A stretch of 64,000 bases of DNA from Sedimentisphaerales bacterium (GCA_963663965.2 CAXXFK010000028.1:256001-320000), one strand, 5' to 3'; shown: positions 20,974 through 29,702, counted from the first letter of the stretch. Program-made: numbers and translations. Notes: generated by a model not told the origin, from the letters alone.

Positions 20974-23900
20974 TAAATCACCTTAGTAACGATTAGTTTC
21001 ATCTTCTTGTCGCCAAATTCCACTTCAACGCCATTATCACCAGAAATCGTCTCAGCTGTAATCGCGTCGCACAGGGTTTCGCTGCAGATATACGACCGGT
21101 ATTCATCTATGGTTGCGATCAGTTCGGGGTCATCGCTCTGGAAGATAACCGTAATCCGGTTCTGGATTTCCAGGCCGGTGTCTTTGCGGGTCTGCTGAAT
21201 ATGACGGACCATGTCGCGGGCATAGCCTTCACGGCGGAGCGCGTCGGTAATTTCGACATCCAGGATCAGGGTCGGATTCCCCGCCGCCACTACGAGATTG
21301 TCCGGGCATTTGGTATCAACCTGCAAATCCTCCGGCGCCAGTTCCCAGCGGTTGCCATCCGATTCCAGAACAACCATTTGGCCGTTATTGACCTGGGCGA
21401 CGATAGTACTGGCATCCGCCTTGCCCAGTGCCGCGCCGATCAGTTTCATATCTTTACCAAATTTAGGCCCCATGGTCTTGAAATTCGGTTTGATTACATA
21501 ACTGACCAGACCATCGGCCGCGCCGGCAAAGGCCAGTTCCTTGATATTCAATTCATCCAGGATGTGATCCTGGTATTTTCGGGTGGTCTCAGCCTCTTTA
21601 TCCCCGGCGATCACGGTCAATTTCGCCAGCGGCTGACGGACACGGATCTGCTGGGCCTCACGCACGCTCAGCGTTCGGCTGACGACATCGGCCACCATAT
21701 CCATTTCCTCGGCCAGCGCTTCGTTCATCAGCGCGTCATCCACCTGCGGATAATCGCAATGGTGTACACTCTCCGGCGCGTCCGGCTGATAGGAGCGAAC
21801 CAGATTCTGATACATGTCCTCGCAGATAAACGGCGTGATCGGAGCCAGTACTTTGCTCAGGTCCACCAGAACTCGATACAGCGTTTGATAGGCCGCCAGC
21901 TTGTCGGTATCGGACGCGTTTTTCGGCCGCCAGAACCGCCGCCGGTTGCGCCGTACATACCAGTTGCTCAGCCGCTCGATAAAATCATCAGCGCACTGAA
22001 TCACCCCGGCGACGTTAATATCGCTCATGCTCTCATTGGCCGTCTTGATCAAAACCTGCAATTTGCTCAACAGCCAACGGTCAATATCCTGCAAATCGTC
22101 ATAGGCGACCTGTTTGCCCATCGGATCGAATCCATCCAGCCGGGCGTAATTCACAAAGAAACTGTACACATTCCACCAGGTACCAAACACGCGCCGTTTC
22201 AGCTGGTCGCCGATGGTATAGCCAAAGTTCAGGTTGTTGGTGGGATTCTGGGCGCAATAGGCCCAGCGCATGATATCCGCGCCCATCTTTTCGACCGCTT
22301 CATCGAACCAGATGGCATTGCCCCACGATTTGTGCATTTCGCGCCCTTTTTCATCCCGCACCAGGGCGTGCCCCAGCAATGTCTTAAAGGGCGGGATATT
22401 CTCCATCATGGTACTCATCGCCAGCAGGGCGTAGAACCAGTTGCGGAACTGCCCCGGGAAACATTCCAGTACCAGATCGGCCGGAATCCATTTGGCCCAG
22501 TAGTCCCGGTCGCTGTTGTAGTGGGTCGTGGAATAGGGCACAATACCCGCGTCCAGCCACGGATTGCCCACATCCGGAATCCGTTTGGCCTGCTGTCCGC
22601 ATTCCGGACATTCGATCCGGATATGATCCACCCACGGACGGTGGGGCGAGTTACCGTCAAATTGTTCCCAGCCTTCGACGCATCGCTCCTGCAGTTCTTC
22701 CCGGCTGCCGATCACATCGAACCAGCCGCATTCGCATTCAAAAATCGGCAGGGCCAGCCCCCAGAACCGCTTCTTGCTGATCATCCAGTCGCCCATGTTC
22801 TCCAGCCAGTTGAGCTCCTGCTCGCGGCCCCAGCCCGGAATCCAGCGGATCTGCTTGACCACTTCCTTGATCTCATCGCGCCAGTCCATATTGATATACC
22901 ATTCATCCACCGTGCGGAACAGCAGCGGCGTATGGCAGCGCCAGCAGTGGGGGTACTCGTGTACATATTTTTCTTTCTTGTAGTAGAATCCGCGTTCCCG
23001 CAGATACTGAACCACTTCCTCATCCACATCCTTGGCGAATTTTCCGGTCAGGAATCCGAATCCGCTGAAATAGGTCCCGGTATCGTCGATCGGCACCAGG
23101 GTCGGCAGCTTCAGTTCCTTGCCCAGGTCAAAGTCTTCCTTACCGCAGCCGGGCGCGATATGAACGATACCAACCCCTTCTTCAGCGGAGATATCTTTCC
23201 ACGGGATCACCCGGTGGGTATAGCCCGCCTCGGCAAAGGTCTGGTCCACCACCGGCAGATCGTCAAACGGCCCTTCATATTCCCAGCCTACCAGTTCGGA
23301 ACCGGCCAGCGTGGCCTCCACCTCGAACTTGCCTTTTTCCTTTAAGATGGTAGTCAAAGTCTCGGCTAGATAATACACCTCTTCACCCTGACGAACCCGC
23401 GCGTATTTCAGCTCCGGATTCACCGCCGCCGCCACATTGGCCGCCAGCGTCCAGGGCGTGGTGGTCCACACCAGCAGGTATTCGCCCGGCTTGTTTTTTA
23501 ACGGCAGCTTGACAAAGACCGCCATATCTTCCACGGTCTTATACCCTTCGCGCCGTTCCTGTTCGGAGATACCCGTCTCACAGCGCGGACACCAGGGCAT
23601 GGCATCCAGCCCTTTATAGATCAATCCGCGCTCATGACATTTCTTCAGAAACGACCAGATGGTATAGTTGTTTTCATCGCTGATGGTATAGTAACTGTTG
23701 TTCCAGTCCATCCAGTATCCCAGCCGGATCGACTGTTCGGTCTGGATTTTGGAAAACTTATCCACCCGCGCCTTGCAGGTGTTGATAAAGTCTTCCAGCC
23801 CGGCCCGCTGGATGTCGGCCTTGGTCTTGTAGCCCATCTCCTTTTCTACTTCCACCTCAACCCACAGCCCCTGGCAGTCAAAACCGTTCTGATAACGCAG

Positions 23901-24140
23901 TTCATGGCCCAGCATGGCATGATAACGCTGGTAGCAGTCCTTGAGCGTACGGCCCCAGGCATGATGAACGCCCATCGGATTATTAGCCGTGATTGGGCCG
24001 TCCAAAAATGACCATTTCGGCTTACCGGCGTTCTTTTCACGCAATTTATCGAATGAATTATTCGCTTTCCACCAGTCCAGCACCTGGTGTTCCAGTTCGG
24101 TATGATTACAGGATGAAGGGACCTGCTTGAACATCAACAA
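20973..24140 (-). CDS. ileS: Isoleucyl-tRNA synthetase, type 2 (IleRS2)
   Basis: DGPITAN, GFDCQGL, WTTTPWTL, GIVHIAP, DWMISKKRFWG and LSNWYVRRNRRRFW, with a long IleRS2-type C-terminus (EGYARDMVRHIQ). Confidence 0.95.
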   Translation of the reverse strand: MLMFKQVPSSCNHTELEHQVLDWWKANNSFDKLREKNAGKPKWSFLDGPITANNPMGVHHAWGRTLKDCYQRYHAMLGHELRYQNGFDCQGLWVEVEVEKEMGYKTKADIQRAGLEDFINTCKARVDKFSKIQTEQSIRLGYWMDWNNSYYTISDENNYTIWSFLKKCHERGLIYKGLDAMPWCPRCETGISEQERREGYKTVEDMAVFVKLPLKNKPGEYLLVWTTTPWTLAANVAAAVNPELKYARVRQGEEVYYLAETLTTILKEKGKFEVEATLAGSELVGWEYEGPFDDLPVVDQTFAEAGYTHRVIPWKDISAEEGVGIVHIAPGCGKEDFDLGKELKLPTLVPIDDTGTYFSGFGFLTGKFAKDVDEEVVQYLRERGFYYKKEKYVHEYPHCWRCHTPLLFRTVDEWYINMDWRDEIKEVVKQIRWIPGWGREQELNWLENMGDWMISKKRFWGLALPIFECECGWFDVIGSREELQERCVEGWEQFDGNSPHRPWVDHIRIECPECGQQAKRIPDVGNPWLDAGIVPYSTTHYNSDRDYWAKWIPADLVLECFPGQFRNWFYALLAMSTMMENIPPFKTLLGHALVRDEKGREMHKSWGNAIWFDEAVEKMGADIMRWAYCAQNPTNNLNFGYTIGDQLKRRVFGTWWNVYSFFVNYARLDGFDPMGKQVAYDDLQDIDRWLLSKLQVLIKTANESMSDINVAGVIQCADDFIERLSNWYVRRNRRRFWRPKNASDTDKLAAYQTLYRVLVDLSKVLAPITPFICEDMYQNLVRSYQPDAPESVHHCDYPQVDDALMNEALAEEMDMVADVVSRTLSVREAQQIRVRQPLAKLTVIAGDKEAETTRKYQDHILDELNIKELAFAGAADGLVSYVIKPNFKTMGPKFGKDMKLIGAALGKADASTIVAQVNNGQMVVLESDGNRWELAPEDLQVDTKCPDNLVVAAGNPTLILDVEITDALRREGYARDMVRHIQQTRKDTGLEIQNRITVIFQSDDPELIATIDEYRSYICSETLCDAITAETISGDNGVEVEFGDKKMKLIVTKVI

Positions 24141-24322
24141 TCTCCTAAGTCTATTTAAAATAAAAAGATAAAAATGTTTGCCAAAAGCATGGCGCTTACG
24201 GCATAATACGGCTTTCAGGCCGAATTCAATTAATAGCCCATCATTATGACCAGAATGACCATAAATTTCAAGTAAATGAAGGCTAAATCATTTGTTGGTA
24301 TTAAATTATGGTGTAAGGCTTA

Positions 24323-25126
24323 TTGAGGATATCAATGGATATGAGCGAAGCTGAAAACAAAACAGGGATGGAGCAAGACAGTACTTCAATGCCAAACAAA
24401 CCGGAGAAAGTGCCTCTGATTTATACGCTCTATATAAAATCCTTAGCCGCCTGCTATTTAGGGTTTTTGATAATATTTTTTCTGCCATTTTTGACAGGCA
24501 TTAAGATACTCGAGCCTGTACTTTCACATATTGCTGTTGCGATTTTCTTTCTCTGGATCAGTATCTCTTTGTTCCATTTTGTTTTTTTTCTGCTGACTTT
24601 CTTGGCAAAATCGGTAAAGAATCAGAAGATTAAATTTTGGATGCGACTCCTTTCATTTTTTTATCTATTTATTATTCTCTCGATAATAATCCCTGCGCTC
24701 AAACCTGCACGCCAGTCGACACATACAAACTTTTGCCAGAGTAAACTCAGCCAAATTCACAAGGCGTTGTCAGAGTATTCCAAAGATCATGATGGTTGCT
24801 TACCCACGACAAATAAATTCTATTCTGACATAACCGCCAACGATCTTGAAGAGAGCTTTTTTCGCTGCACCCGGGTGGCTGATGATATTCCATTACCCCA
24901 TTATGCGTTAAATCAATATATCTCAGGCAAACGGCTTAAGGATCTTCCGCCCGATATCGTGTTATGTTACGAATGTATTCCTATTTCGGATCTCTCCCAT
25001 AACCAGTTTGACTTGATCGACCAAAGACGACATTACAGCGGTAGCAATATCCTGTTTGCCAATGGTAAGGTTGAGCTTGTCGAACCGGATGAAATTGAAA
25101 AATTAGTTTGGGAAATACCGGAATAA
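24323..25126 (+). CDS. Membrane protein with pseudopilin-like/H-X9-DG-type C-terminal domain (paralog 1)
   Basis: Three TM helices, then PALKPARQ...CQSKLSQI...YSKDHDG.LP...YALN...RRHYSGSNILFANGKVE. Confidence 0.7.
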   Translation: MRISMDMSEAENKTGMEQDSTSMPNKPEKVPLIYTLYIKSLAACYLGFLIIFFLPFLTGIKILEPVLSHIAVAIFFLWISISLFHFVFFLLTFLAKSVKNQKIKFWMRLLSFFYLFIILSIIIPALKPARQSTHTNFCQSKLSQIHKALSEYSKDHDGCLPTTNKFYSDITANDLEESFFRCTRVADDIPLPHYALNQYISGKRLKDLPPDIVLCYECIPISDLSHNQFDLIDQRRHYSGSNILFANGKVELVEPDEIEKLVWEIPE

Positions 25127-25205
25127 TAGCTTTTGTGAATATACTGATATGTGATATCTGGTTGCTAATTGATTCAGTTAAGGTTTATGGAAAAAGGTTA
25201 ATGCT

Positions 25206-26021
25206 ATGGGCCGTCATGATATGAATAACAAGGCGAACGTAGGCACAATGGATACAGTAAAGGAAGCCGACTCGCATCCCAGGACGTTCTTCCACGCTCT
25301 TTATGCTTGGTCATTTTTTATTGCCTTGTGTCTGCTGATTCTTTATTTAATACTGATACCCGTTTCAAGCCGGCTTATCAAACCTGCTAAAGTTTTAGAT
25401 CAGGCCACCAGAATCTATCATACGATTGAAAAGGTCGTATTTTTTGTTTGCCTGCTTAGTATTTTTATCCATTTTATATCGATTCCATTGGCTTATCTGA
25501 CCAGGTCGTTTGGCAACAGAAAAATGCGAAGCTGGTCTTGGTTTACTTCTCTGGTATTTGTATTTCTGGCCATCGATATTATTGTTCCGGCCAGGGATTA
25601 TGGGCGTGTTTTTCCTGAAATTAACGATTGTCAATTTAATCTACAACTTATTGACAAAGCTTTAATTCAATATGCCGACGACCATAAGGGGTGCATTCCG
25701 GCCAGTAATGAATTTTATAAGGCACTTTGCCCGGAATATCTCGAATCTCACTGCTTTCAGTGCCCCTCCGTTTCGAGTGATTTGACATTGCCTCATTATG
25801 CTTTGAATCAAAATGTTTCCGACCTGAAACTCAATGAACTTCCCTGTGATATCGTGTTATGCTATGAGCTGGATCCAGTGCCTTTTCACCCCCATAACCA
25901 GTTTGACTTAATCGACCAAAGACGACATTGCAGCGGCAGCAATATCCTGTTTGCCAATGGAAAGATTGAACTTATCGAACCGGATATGATCGAAAAATTG
26001 CGCTGGCAGTTGCCTGAATAA
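25206..26021 (+). CDS. Membrane protein with pseudopilin-like/H-X9-DG-type C-terminal domain (paralog 2)
   Basis: Same architecture: CQFNLQLI...YADDHKG.IP...RRHCSGSNILFANGKIE. Confidence 0.7.
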   Translation: MGRHDMNNKANVGTMDTVKEADSHPRTFFHALYAWSFFIALCLLILYLILIPVSSRLIKPAKVLDQATRIYHTIEKVVFFVCLLSIFIHFISIPLAYLTRSFGNRKMRSWSWFTSLVFVFLAIDIIVPARDYGRVFPEINDCQFNLQLIDKALIQYADDHKGCIPASNEFYKALCPEYLESHCFQCPSVSSDLTLPHYALNQNVSDLKLNELPCDIVLCYELDPVPFHPHNQFDLIDQRRHCSGSNILFANGKIELIEPDMIEKLRWQLPE

Positions 26022-26174
26022 TGGATTTTGCCAGTCTAATAGGTATATGATAGATTAGCTGATAAGCGGATTCCTGTGTGGTTTATTGGAGAAAAGACGA
26101 TACTGAAGCTGATGGCGACAGTCTTAATATGGCAAGCCTGCATGTTGAGAAAACATAAGGATATTGGAGTCATA

Positions 26175-26537
26175 ATGGATGAAAATCAAAACAATGAGGA
26201 TTTTGAACAGTCAGACCTGTCCGATTCGGTTGAAATGGAACCCCAGACAGGTGGGTATAAATGGATAGGAATTACCGGTCTGGTCCTGTTGGTTGGAATT
26301 TTATTGATCTTTTTAGTCCAGGCCATTCGAGCGGATATGCTTTCCAGCTATCTGGGCTTAACGATTATCGGCGCTCTGACCGGATTATTTTTCCTGGCAA
26401 TATATTATATTACTATTTATCCGCTGCTTTGTTGGGTCGGTCTCATTAGAAGACGTAATGTTCACTATGGGTTTTGGTTTATTTATATTTTTCTTTATTT
26501 AATTCTGATTTCTCAGTTAATGCCAAATGTGAATTAA
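26175..26537 (+). CDS. Hypothetical membrane protein
   Basis: ATG after a GGAG RBS (MDENQNNE...), three hydrophobic segments. Confidence 0.55.
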   Translation: MDENQNNEDFEQSDLSDSVEMEPQTGGYKWIGITGLVLLVGILLIFLVQAIRADMLSSYLGLTIIGALTGLFFLAIYYITIYPLLCWVGLIRRRNVHYGFWFIYIFLYLILISQLMPNVN

Positions 26538-26653
26538 GATTGTATTATAGAGATCCTTTCAATCTTCAGAGATTCTCAGAAAATAAACAATGGCAAATTC
26601 CAGACTGAAGCGTCGATATATGTTCGACGGTTCTATTCAGTTGCATTAGTGGC

Positions 26654-27661
26654 CTAGCCATTCCTGGTATTGATAAGATTGACCACCATTTTGACGATCA
26701 TGTCTTTTTCCTGCGGTTTGCTTTCAGCTACCATCAATATCAACGCGACCAGGGTATTATCGGCCAGGCGTCGGTCACCGTTCGTACGATACAAATAGCG
26801 ATTTTTGTCCAGAAACCACAAGAACATAAACGCCGCAATGCGTTTGTTGCCGTCGATAAATGGATGGTTACGAACCAGGAAATAGAGCAAATGGGCCGCT
26901 TTTTCTTCAATGCTGGGATAGAGTTCCCGGCCATCGAAGGTCTGGAATATCGATTTCAGCGAGCCCTGGAAACTATCGTCTTTTTCCCGCCCGAACAGAT
27001 CACCGGCCTGATATTCCGCCCGTAACTGTTCAATGGCTGCTAAGGCTTCGCGATATTCAAGCGGGCATGCGGTTTGTTCACTGACCCCGGTAATCGTCAA
27101 ACGCTGATAATCATACGCGTCAATCAAATCCAGGCCATAGGAATAATCGCGAATGATCCGGACCAGGTCGCCGATTTCGCCCGGAAGCAGGCTGGGGGTA
27201 TTGACTATCCGTTCCAGCAGATCAACCGCTCCCTGCAATTCTCGTAATTTCTCCTGCGTTTCCCGCAAGCGATTCTGGTTGAGAGTATATCCCTCCACCA
27301 GGTGCTGACGCAGAACATTGGTCGCCCAGATACGAAATTGGGTGCCGCGAATCGAATTTACACGGTAACCTACTGATATGATGGCATCAAGGTTGAAATA
27401 TTCAACCTGATAGGTTTTTCCATCTGCGGCAGTTGTTGCATTTTTTGCAACAACTGAAGAACGATTTAGTTCGCCAGCACGGAAAATATTTCTTAAGTGT
27501 CTGGAAATAACGGATTTATCCCTTTGAAAAAGCTCGGTGATCTGATTGAGAGTCAGCCAGACCGTATCCTGCCGGAGTCTGACTTCCAACCCGGGCCGGC
27601 CATCTTCAGCCTGATAAATAATAATATCGGTTGTGGTTGCCATGGTATAGTATTCTAACAT
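26654..27661 (-). CDS. RhuM-family virulence protein fused to Fic/Doc domain
   Basis: N-terminal TVWLT..QI.ELF...YFNLDAIISVGYRVNS.RGTQFRIWA and Fic motif HPFIDGNKR. Confidence 0.9.
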   Translation of the reverse strand: MLEYYTMATTTDIIIYQAEDGRPGLEVRLRQDTVWLTLNQITELFQRDKSVISRHLRNIFRAGELNRSSVVAKNATTAADGKTYQVEYFNLDAIISVGYRVNSIRGTQFRIWATNVLRQHLVEGYTLNQNRLRETQEKLRELQGAVDLLERIVNTPSLLPGEIGDLVRIIRDYSYGLDLIDAYDYQRLTITGVSEQTACPLEYREALAAIEQLRAEYQAGDLFGREKDDSFQGSLKSIFQTFDGRELYPSIEEKAAHLLYFLVRNHPFIDGNKRIAAFMFLWFLDKNRYLYRTNGDRRLADNTLVALILMVAESKPQEKDMIVKMVVNLINTRNG

Positions 27662-27724
27662 GGAGATAACGTGTAATCAATCCTACAATCATACCGGGAG
27701 AGCGCATGATGATGCCGGGAGCGA

Positions 27725-27763
27725 ATAAAAAGAATCAGACCGGACGATACCATCCGGTCTGTT
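27725..27763 (-). terminator. Rho-independent terminator after slipin gene
   Basis: Minus strand CAGACCGGA-tggtatcg-TCCGGTCTG followed by ATTCTTTTT. Confidence 0.7.
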
Positions 27764-27765
27764 CC

Positions 27766-28869
27766 TTAGAGCAGATTGACCACACGGTCAGTCAGACCCT
27801 TTTCACCCAGTACCACGTTCAATTTGGTATTGGCGGCGATCTTTTCCAGCGCTTCCAGCTCACGCATCCGCATCAACACCGGGTTGTTTTCCAGCATCTT
27901 GGCGGTGTTCATCTGCGACCGCATGGCGGCCGTTTCCTCACGTCGCGTGATCAGGTTGGCTTCGGCGGCTTTCTTCGCCTCGGTCACCTTGTTAAGCAGG
28001 TTCTTCATCTCGCCGGGCAAAATGATATCGCGTACCCCCAGCGAGGTGATCCGCATACCCAGTTCCCCGGCGCGATCCTGCAGTTGGTCGGTCAATTCAC
28101 CGGCCAGTGCGTTTTTGTCCGCCAGCAGGCTGTCCAGGTCGCGGCTGCCCACCATCTCGCGCAGCGCCATCTGGGCCGCGCGATACAGCGACTGTTTGCT
28201 GTCTTCCGCGCCGGCCACATAACGGACCGGGTCGGTAACAACATAGTTTACCAGCGCGTTCAAACGCAGCGTCACCTTGTCGGCGGTCATGATGTCCTGG
28301 CCGCTGATTTCGAGGGTCTGTTCGCCGGTGTTTACCTGGAAGATACGTACCTTCCGGGTATTCTTCCAGAAGAGATAACATCCCGCGTTCAGCGTGTCGG
28401 CGTATTGGCCGTCCAGGTACAGAACGCCGCGATGATCTTCATTGATTTCATATTCGCCCAGGAAGTCACGCGCTCCCGGCGACTTCAGCAAAACACTTAA
28501 GTCGCTGCGGTTCACGCGCACCTCGTTGGCGTTGACAATCTCAACGCGCACCTGTCGCTGGGTGGTCCACAGCGCGTACAGACCGCCGGCCACAATCCGG
28601 TCGAATCGGCCGTCAATCCAGATCAGCGCCCGTTCGTGGTCCTGTAAGTCCAGTACCCGGATCTGGTTGTCCAGCAGGCCGGACTTCACCAACAGGTCCA
28701 GGTCCTTGTGTTTCAGCCACGGATCGCGCATGTCCACCACATCCACTCGAACACGGTCGAGCAGGTCGAACAGCCAGTATTTGCCCCTGGTCAGGACCGA
28801 TACCAGTTCGCCATCAACGAACTTCAGTCCCGCCTGATAGCTGCGAATGTGAATTCGGGTTAGTGCCAT
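27766..28869 (-). CDS. SPFH/band-7 protein, slipin family (N-terminal repeats)
   Basis: Three repeats of ERAL/GL...DG...L..G.Y..W, then SGQDIMTADKVTLRLN, GVRDIILPGEMK and NLITRREETAAMRSQMNTAKMLENNP. AAAGGA RBS. Confidence 0.9.
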   Translation of the reverse strand: MALTRIHIRSYQAGLKFVDGELVSVLTRGKYWLFDLLDRVRVDVVDMRDPWLKHKDLDLLVKSGLLDNQIRVLDLQDHERALIWIDGRFDRIVAGGLYALWTTQRQVRVEIVNANEVRVNRSDLSVLLKSPGARDFLGEYEINEDHRGVLYLDGQYADTLNAGCYLFWKNTRKVRIFQVNTGEQTLEISGQDIMTADKVTLRLNALVNYVVTDPVRYVAGAEDSKQSLYRAAQMALREMVGSRDLDSLLADKNALAGELTDQLQDRAGELGMRITSLGVRDIILPGEMKNLLNKVTEAKKAAEANLITRREETAAMRSQMNTAKMLENNPVLMRMRELEALEKIAANTKLNVVLGEKGLTDRVVNLL

Positions 28870-29024
28870 AGTCTGGTCCTTTCAATAGAGGTTAACAATT
28901 CAAAACAAAAAGCTCATGAGCGTTACAATTTCATTTTATTTCAATTAACAGGATAGTCATGGGGCACGCCGTTGTTTTAGCGACATCCAGGAGAGTCAGT
29001 CAGAATCTATACTCTCCAGAGACA

Positions 29025-29285
29025 GAACAATTCCACTGCCACAACACCTTAAGCGGGGAACGCTTAAGCCGATACTGTTACGGCGGTCGATCCTGTCGCC
29101 TGGCCGCGGTTTACACGCTTTTTCCCCCGCGTGCAAACCGCCGGCCATTGGACAGTCCGATCCATCGCGGTTGTATCGGCGTTATCCGCCTTCCGCAAGG
29201 CTTTCGGTCCTGCCGCCGGCTGTCTTTGTCGCGGCGGAAGAATTTTCGCCACAACGCCGACAGCCGGCCGACAGTAAAATTGTCC
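29025..29285 (-). ncRNA. Candidate ~260-nt multibranched structured RNA (may extend 28990-29320)
   Basis: 16-bp closing helix GGACAAUUUUACUGUC/GGCAGUGGAAUUGUUC with four G-U pairs that form only on the minus strand. It encloses GCCGGCUGUC/GACAGCCGGC, GCCUU/AAGGC, GCCGAUAC/GUAUCGGC, GCGGUUUGCACGC/GCGUGUAAACCGC and CUUAAGCG/CGCUUAAG. Confidence 0.7.
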
Positions 29286-29323
29286 TTCTCCTTCGAGTTC
29301 AAGGAGGCCCTTGACAGGGCCGG

Positions 29324-29397
29324 TGGGTGGGGATACAGGAGTCGAACCTGCGGCATCCAGTTTCAAGCTGGCGCTCTACCAGTTGAGCTAATCCCAG
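29324..29397 (-). ncRNA. tRNA-like RNA, 4-bp anticodon stem, loop CUUGAAA (nominal anticodon UGA), encoded CCA
   Basis: CTGGGAT TA GCTC AACTGGTA GAGC G CCAG CTTGAAA CTGG ATGCC GCAGG TTCGACT CCTGT ATCCCCA C CCA. Pairs 1:72 and 2:71 are mismatched. Confidence 0.8.
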
Positions 29398-29425
29398 GGA
29401 GTTGGCACAACGGGCCAACCGGGTG

Positions 29426-29495
29426 TTATCGATACGGGATTCGAACCCGTGTTTGCAGTAACGAACTGCCGCTCTACCTGCTGAGCTAATCAAAA
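29426..29495 (-). ncRNA. tRNA-like RNA, shortened anticodon arm, loop UUCGUUA (nominal anticodon CGU)
   Basis: TTTTGAT TA GCTC AGCAGGTA GAGC G GCAG TTCGTTA CTGC AAAC ACGGG TTCGAAT CCCGT ATCGATA A. No encoded CCA. Confidence 0.8.
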
Positions 29496-29624
29496 CCAAC
29501 CCTTTGGTGTCCACCATCGTTAGAATCCGTCGCACGGAACATGGCAGACGAAACGGACGATCCGTCATCGCCATGCCGCCGGCCCGGCAGACAATATCCT
29601 GTTTATTTGTCAAATAGCTTATCA

Positions 29625-29696
29625 TAGCTCCGACAGGATTCGAACCTGTACCTTGCGGATTATGAGTCCGCCGCTCTGCCCTTGAGCTACGGAGCG
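29625..29696 (-). tRNA. tRNA with CAU anticodon (Met or Ile2), no encoded CCA
   Basis: CGCTCCG TA GCTC AAGGGCA GAGC G GCGGA CTCATAA TCCGC AAGGT ACAGG TTCGAAT CCTGT CGGAGCT A. Full cloverleaf with a C1:U72 mismatch. Confidence 0.85.
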
Positions 29697-29702
29697 GTAG
29701 TG

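Noticed and set aside
21201..23345. 714-aa plus-strand ORF
   Set aside because: Antisense shadow of ileS caused by codon bias; no motifs.
24141..24300. T-box leader upstream of ileS
   Set aside because: No AAGGTGGTACC-like T-box or terminator, and the leader is too short.
27706..28500. 264-aa plus-strand ORF
   Set aside because: Antisense shadow of the slipin gene.
29060..29085. AACAGTATCGGCTTA resembles the RNase P 3' conserved region
   Set aside because: No GAGGAAAGUCC 5' partner, and the segment pairs locally with GCCGATAC.
29540..29576. Possible hammerhead ribozyme (GACGAAAC next to stems)
   Set aside because: No CUGANGA core on either strand.
28959..29625. Several 80-176-aa ORFs over the non-coding block
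   Set aside because: They overlap tRNA-like and helical RNA elements, lack an RBS and have non-protein-like composition.
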